From a virus, in IMG/VR virus record IMGVR_UViG_3300049137_000145, positions 1 to 64,000 of that record: a stretch of 64,000 nt of DNA. One strand, written 5' to 3'. Below the pieces are notes generated by a model. The model did no database searches. It was not told the DNA's origin and saw nothing but the letters and a program-made list of their open reading frames with translations. Of the stretch, positions 62,837 to 64,000 are shown piece after piece; position 1 is the stretch's first letter, and every line of letters starts with the position of its first letter. Both the position numbers and the translations under genes were made by a program.

Positions 62837-64000
62837 GCCAGACCCTCAAGCTCCGGGAGTACCAGCGCGAGGCCATCGACGCTGTCCAGGCGGCCTGGGC
62901 CGATGGGATGCAGCGGCCCGCCGTGGTGCTCCCGACCGGTGCCGGCAAGACGGTGATCTTCTCCCGCATGGCGGCCGAGCACATCGCAGCCGAGGGAACG
63001 CGCGTCGTCATTCTCGTGCACCGTGACGAGCTGGCCGACCAGACGCTGAGCAAGTTGCAGCAGACCGAACCGAACCTGTTCACGGGCAAGGTGAAGGCAG
63101 CCTCCGACAACATCGCGGCCGACGTCATGGTCTGCTCGGTACAGACCCTTGCCCGGGAGACCAGGTTCAACCGGTTGCTCGACTCGCAGGAGAAGTGCGG
63201 CAAAGTCGGCCTGGTCATCGTGGACGAGTGCCACCATGCGGCAGCCGTCAGCTACCGCAACATCCTGGCTGGGCTCGGCTGTTACAGCGGAATGCCGGGC
63301 ACCCGGGCCGTCGGTTTCACGGCCACGATGGCCAGGGGCGACGGCCAGGGCCTCGGCAGCGTGTGGGAGGACGCGGTCTACACCCGCTCCCCGCTGTGGA
63401 TGATGTCCCGGGGCCACCTGGTCGACGTCCGGTCCAAGCTGATCGACGTGGACACCCTGCATCTCGGGGACGTCAAGCGGTCCAAGGGCGATTACACCGC
63501 GTCCTCCCTGGGCGACGCGCTGATGGCGGCCGGCGGCCCGCAGATCATCGCCAAAGTGCTGGAGGAACACGCGGCCGACCGGCGCAGCCCCATTGTCTTC
63601 ACCCCGACGGTGGAGGTCGCGCGGGCAACGGCGGAGGCCCTGCCGGACGCGGCGTACGTACACGGAGGCACGCCCCGCGAGGAGCGGCTGAACATCTACC
63701 GCAAGTTCCGCACCGGCGAGGTGCGCACGCTGGTGAACTGCATGGTGCTGACCGAGGGGGCCGACTTCCCCTTCGCGGACTGCGCGGTCATCGCCCGGCC
63801 GACGAAGTCCGAGCCGCTGTTCATCCAGATGGTCGGCCGAGTACTGCGGCCCTCTCCCGCCACCGGCAAGACGGACGCCCTGGTGCTCATCCTCGCCGGC
63901 GAGGGCGGTTCGCTGTGCACGCTGGTGGACCTGGAGCCCGGGGCAGACATCCGGGAGGTGAAGGACGGCGAGTCGCTGGCCGAGGCTTACGAGCGGGAGG
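62833..64000 (+). CDS. SF2 DEAD/DEAH-box DNA helicase, 3' end beyond the window
   Basis: My own translation from the GTG at 62833 (GTGA overlap): LPTGAGKT, DECHH, FTATM, and later TEGADFP and QMVGRVLR. Open to the window end. Confidence 0.85.
   Translation, partial: MSQTLKLREYQREAIDAVQAAWADGMQRPAVVLPTGAGKTVIFSRMAAEHIAAEGTRVVILVHRDELADQTLSKLQQTEPNLFTGKVKAASDNIAADVMVCSVQTLARETRFNRLLDSQEKCGKVGLVIVDECHHAAAVSYRNILAGLGCYSGMPGTRAVGFTATMARGDGQGLGSVWEDAVYTRSPLWMMSRGHLVDVRSKLIDVDTLHLGDVKRSKGDYTASSLGDALMAAGGPQIIAKVLEEHAADRRSPIVFTPTVEVARATAEALPDAAYVHGGTPREERLNIYRKFRTGEVRTLVNCMVLTEGADFPFADCAVIARPTKSEPLFIQMVGRVLRPSPATGKTDALVLILAGEGGSLCTLVDLEPGADIREVKDGESLAEAYERE

Overview
The whole window is high-GC, actinobacterial (Streptomyces-type) temperate siphophage or prophage-like DNA. 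No host housekeeping genes, rRNA or CRISPR arrays are visible, and both window edges cut through phage features. Many long ORFs in the six-frame track are antisense or out-of-frame GC artefacts. I chose frames by recognisable protein motifs, GC-rich third codon positions, Shine-Dalgarno spacing and ATGA/GTGA start-stop overlaps.

Layout:
- 1-5.3 kb (+): small early genes, including a DUF262 protein and a tRNA-like element.
- 5.3-7.0 kb (-): parA plus a ParB-like partner.
- 7.1-9.4 kb (+): a DUF3560 protein and a WhiB-type regulator.
- 9.5-33.5 kb (-): a large late block. In transcription order it runs portal, 2H/MuF/protease fusion, capsid, head-tail genes, a HIT hydrolase, G/T tail chaperones, tape measure, minor tail, tandem fibre paralogs, lysis cassette, glycosyltransferase.
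- 34.1-42.1 kb: a lysogeny and replication block with an XRE/TPR regulator, a tyrosine integrase, a DEDDh exonuclease and a D5-like NTPase.
- 42.2-62.0 kb (-): terminase large subunit, a secreted Rpf-NlpC/P60-LysM hydrolase, a triple LuxR regulator, an RmlB-like dehydratase, a CmoA-like/AsnB-like/C5-methyltransferase/ParB-N cassette, many small zinc-ribbon proteins, a 1447-aa primase-helicase-PolA fusion, a nuclease and an Xis-like HTH protein.
- 62.3 kb to the window end (+): two small genes and a partial SF2 helicase.

Best candidate for a new system: the translationally coupled cassette at 48.5-52.5 kb. It combines a carboxy-SAM-synthase-like enzyme, a C5 DNA methyltransferase in which the conserved motif X Asn is replaced by Arg, and an AsnB-type amidotransferase. 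From sequence alone I infer a cytosine-5 carboxymethyl or carbamoylmethyl DNA hypermodification pathway. This is untested.

Other notable signals:
- A family of at least 8 near-identical AT-rich dyad promoter/operator sites.
- A tRNA-like gene with a 33-nt insertion in place of the anticodon loop.
- A perfect 22-bp inverted repeat inside the linker of the replicase fusion.
- A poly-proline mini-ORF upstream of the capsid gene.
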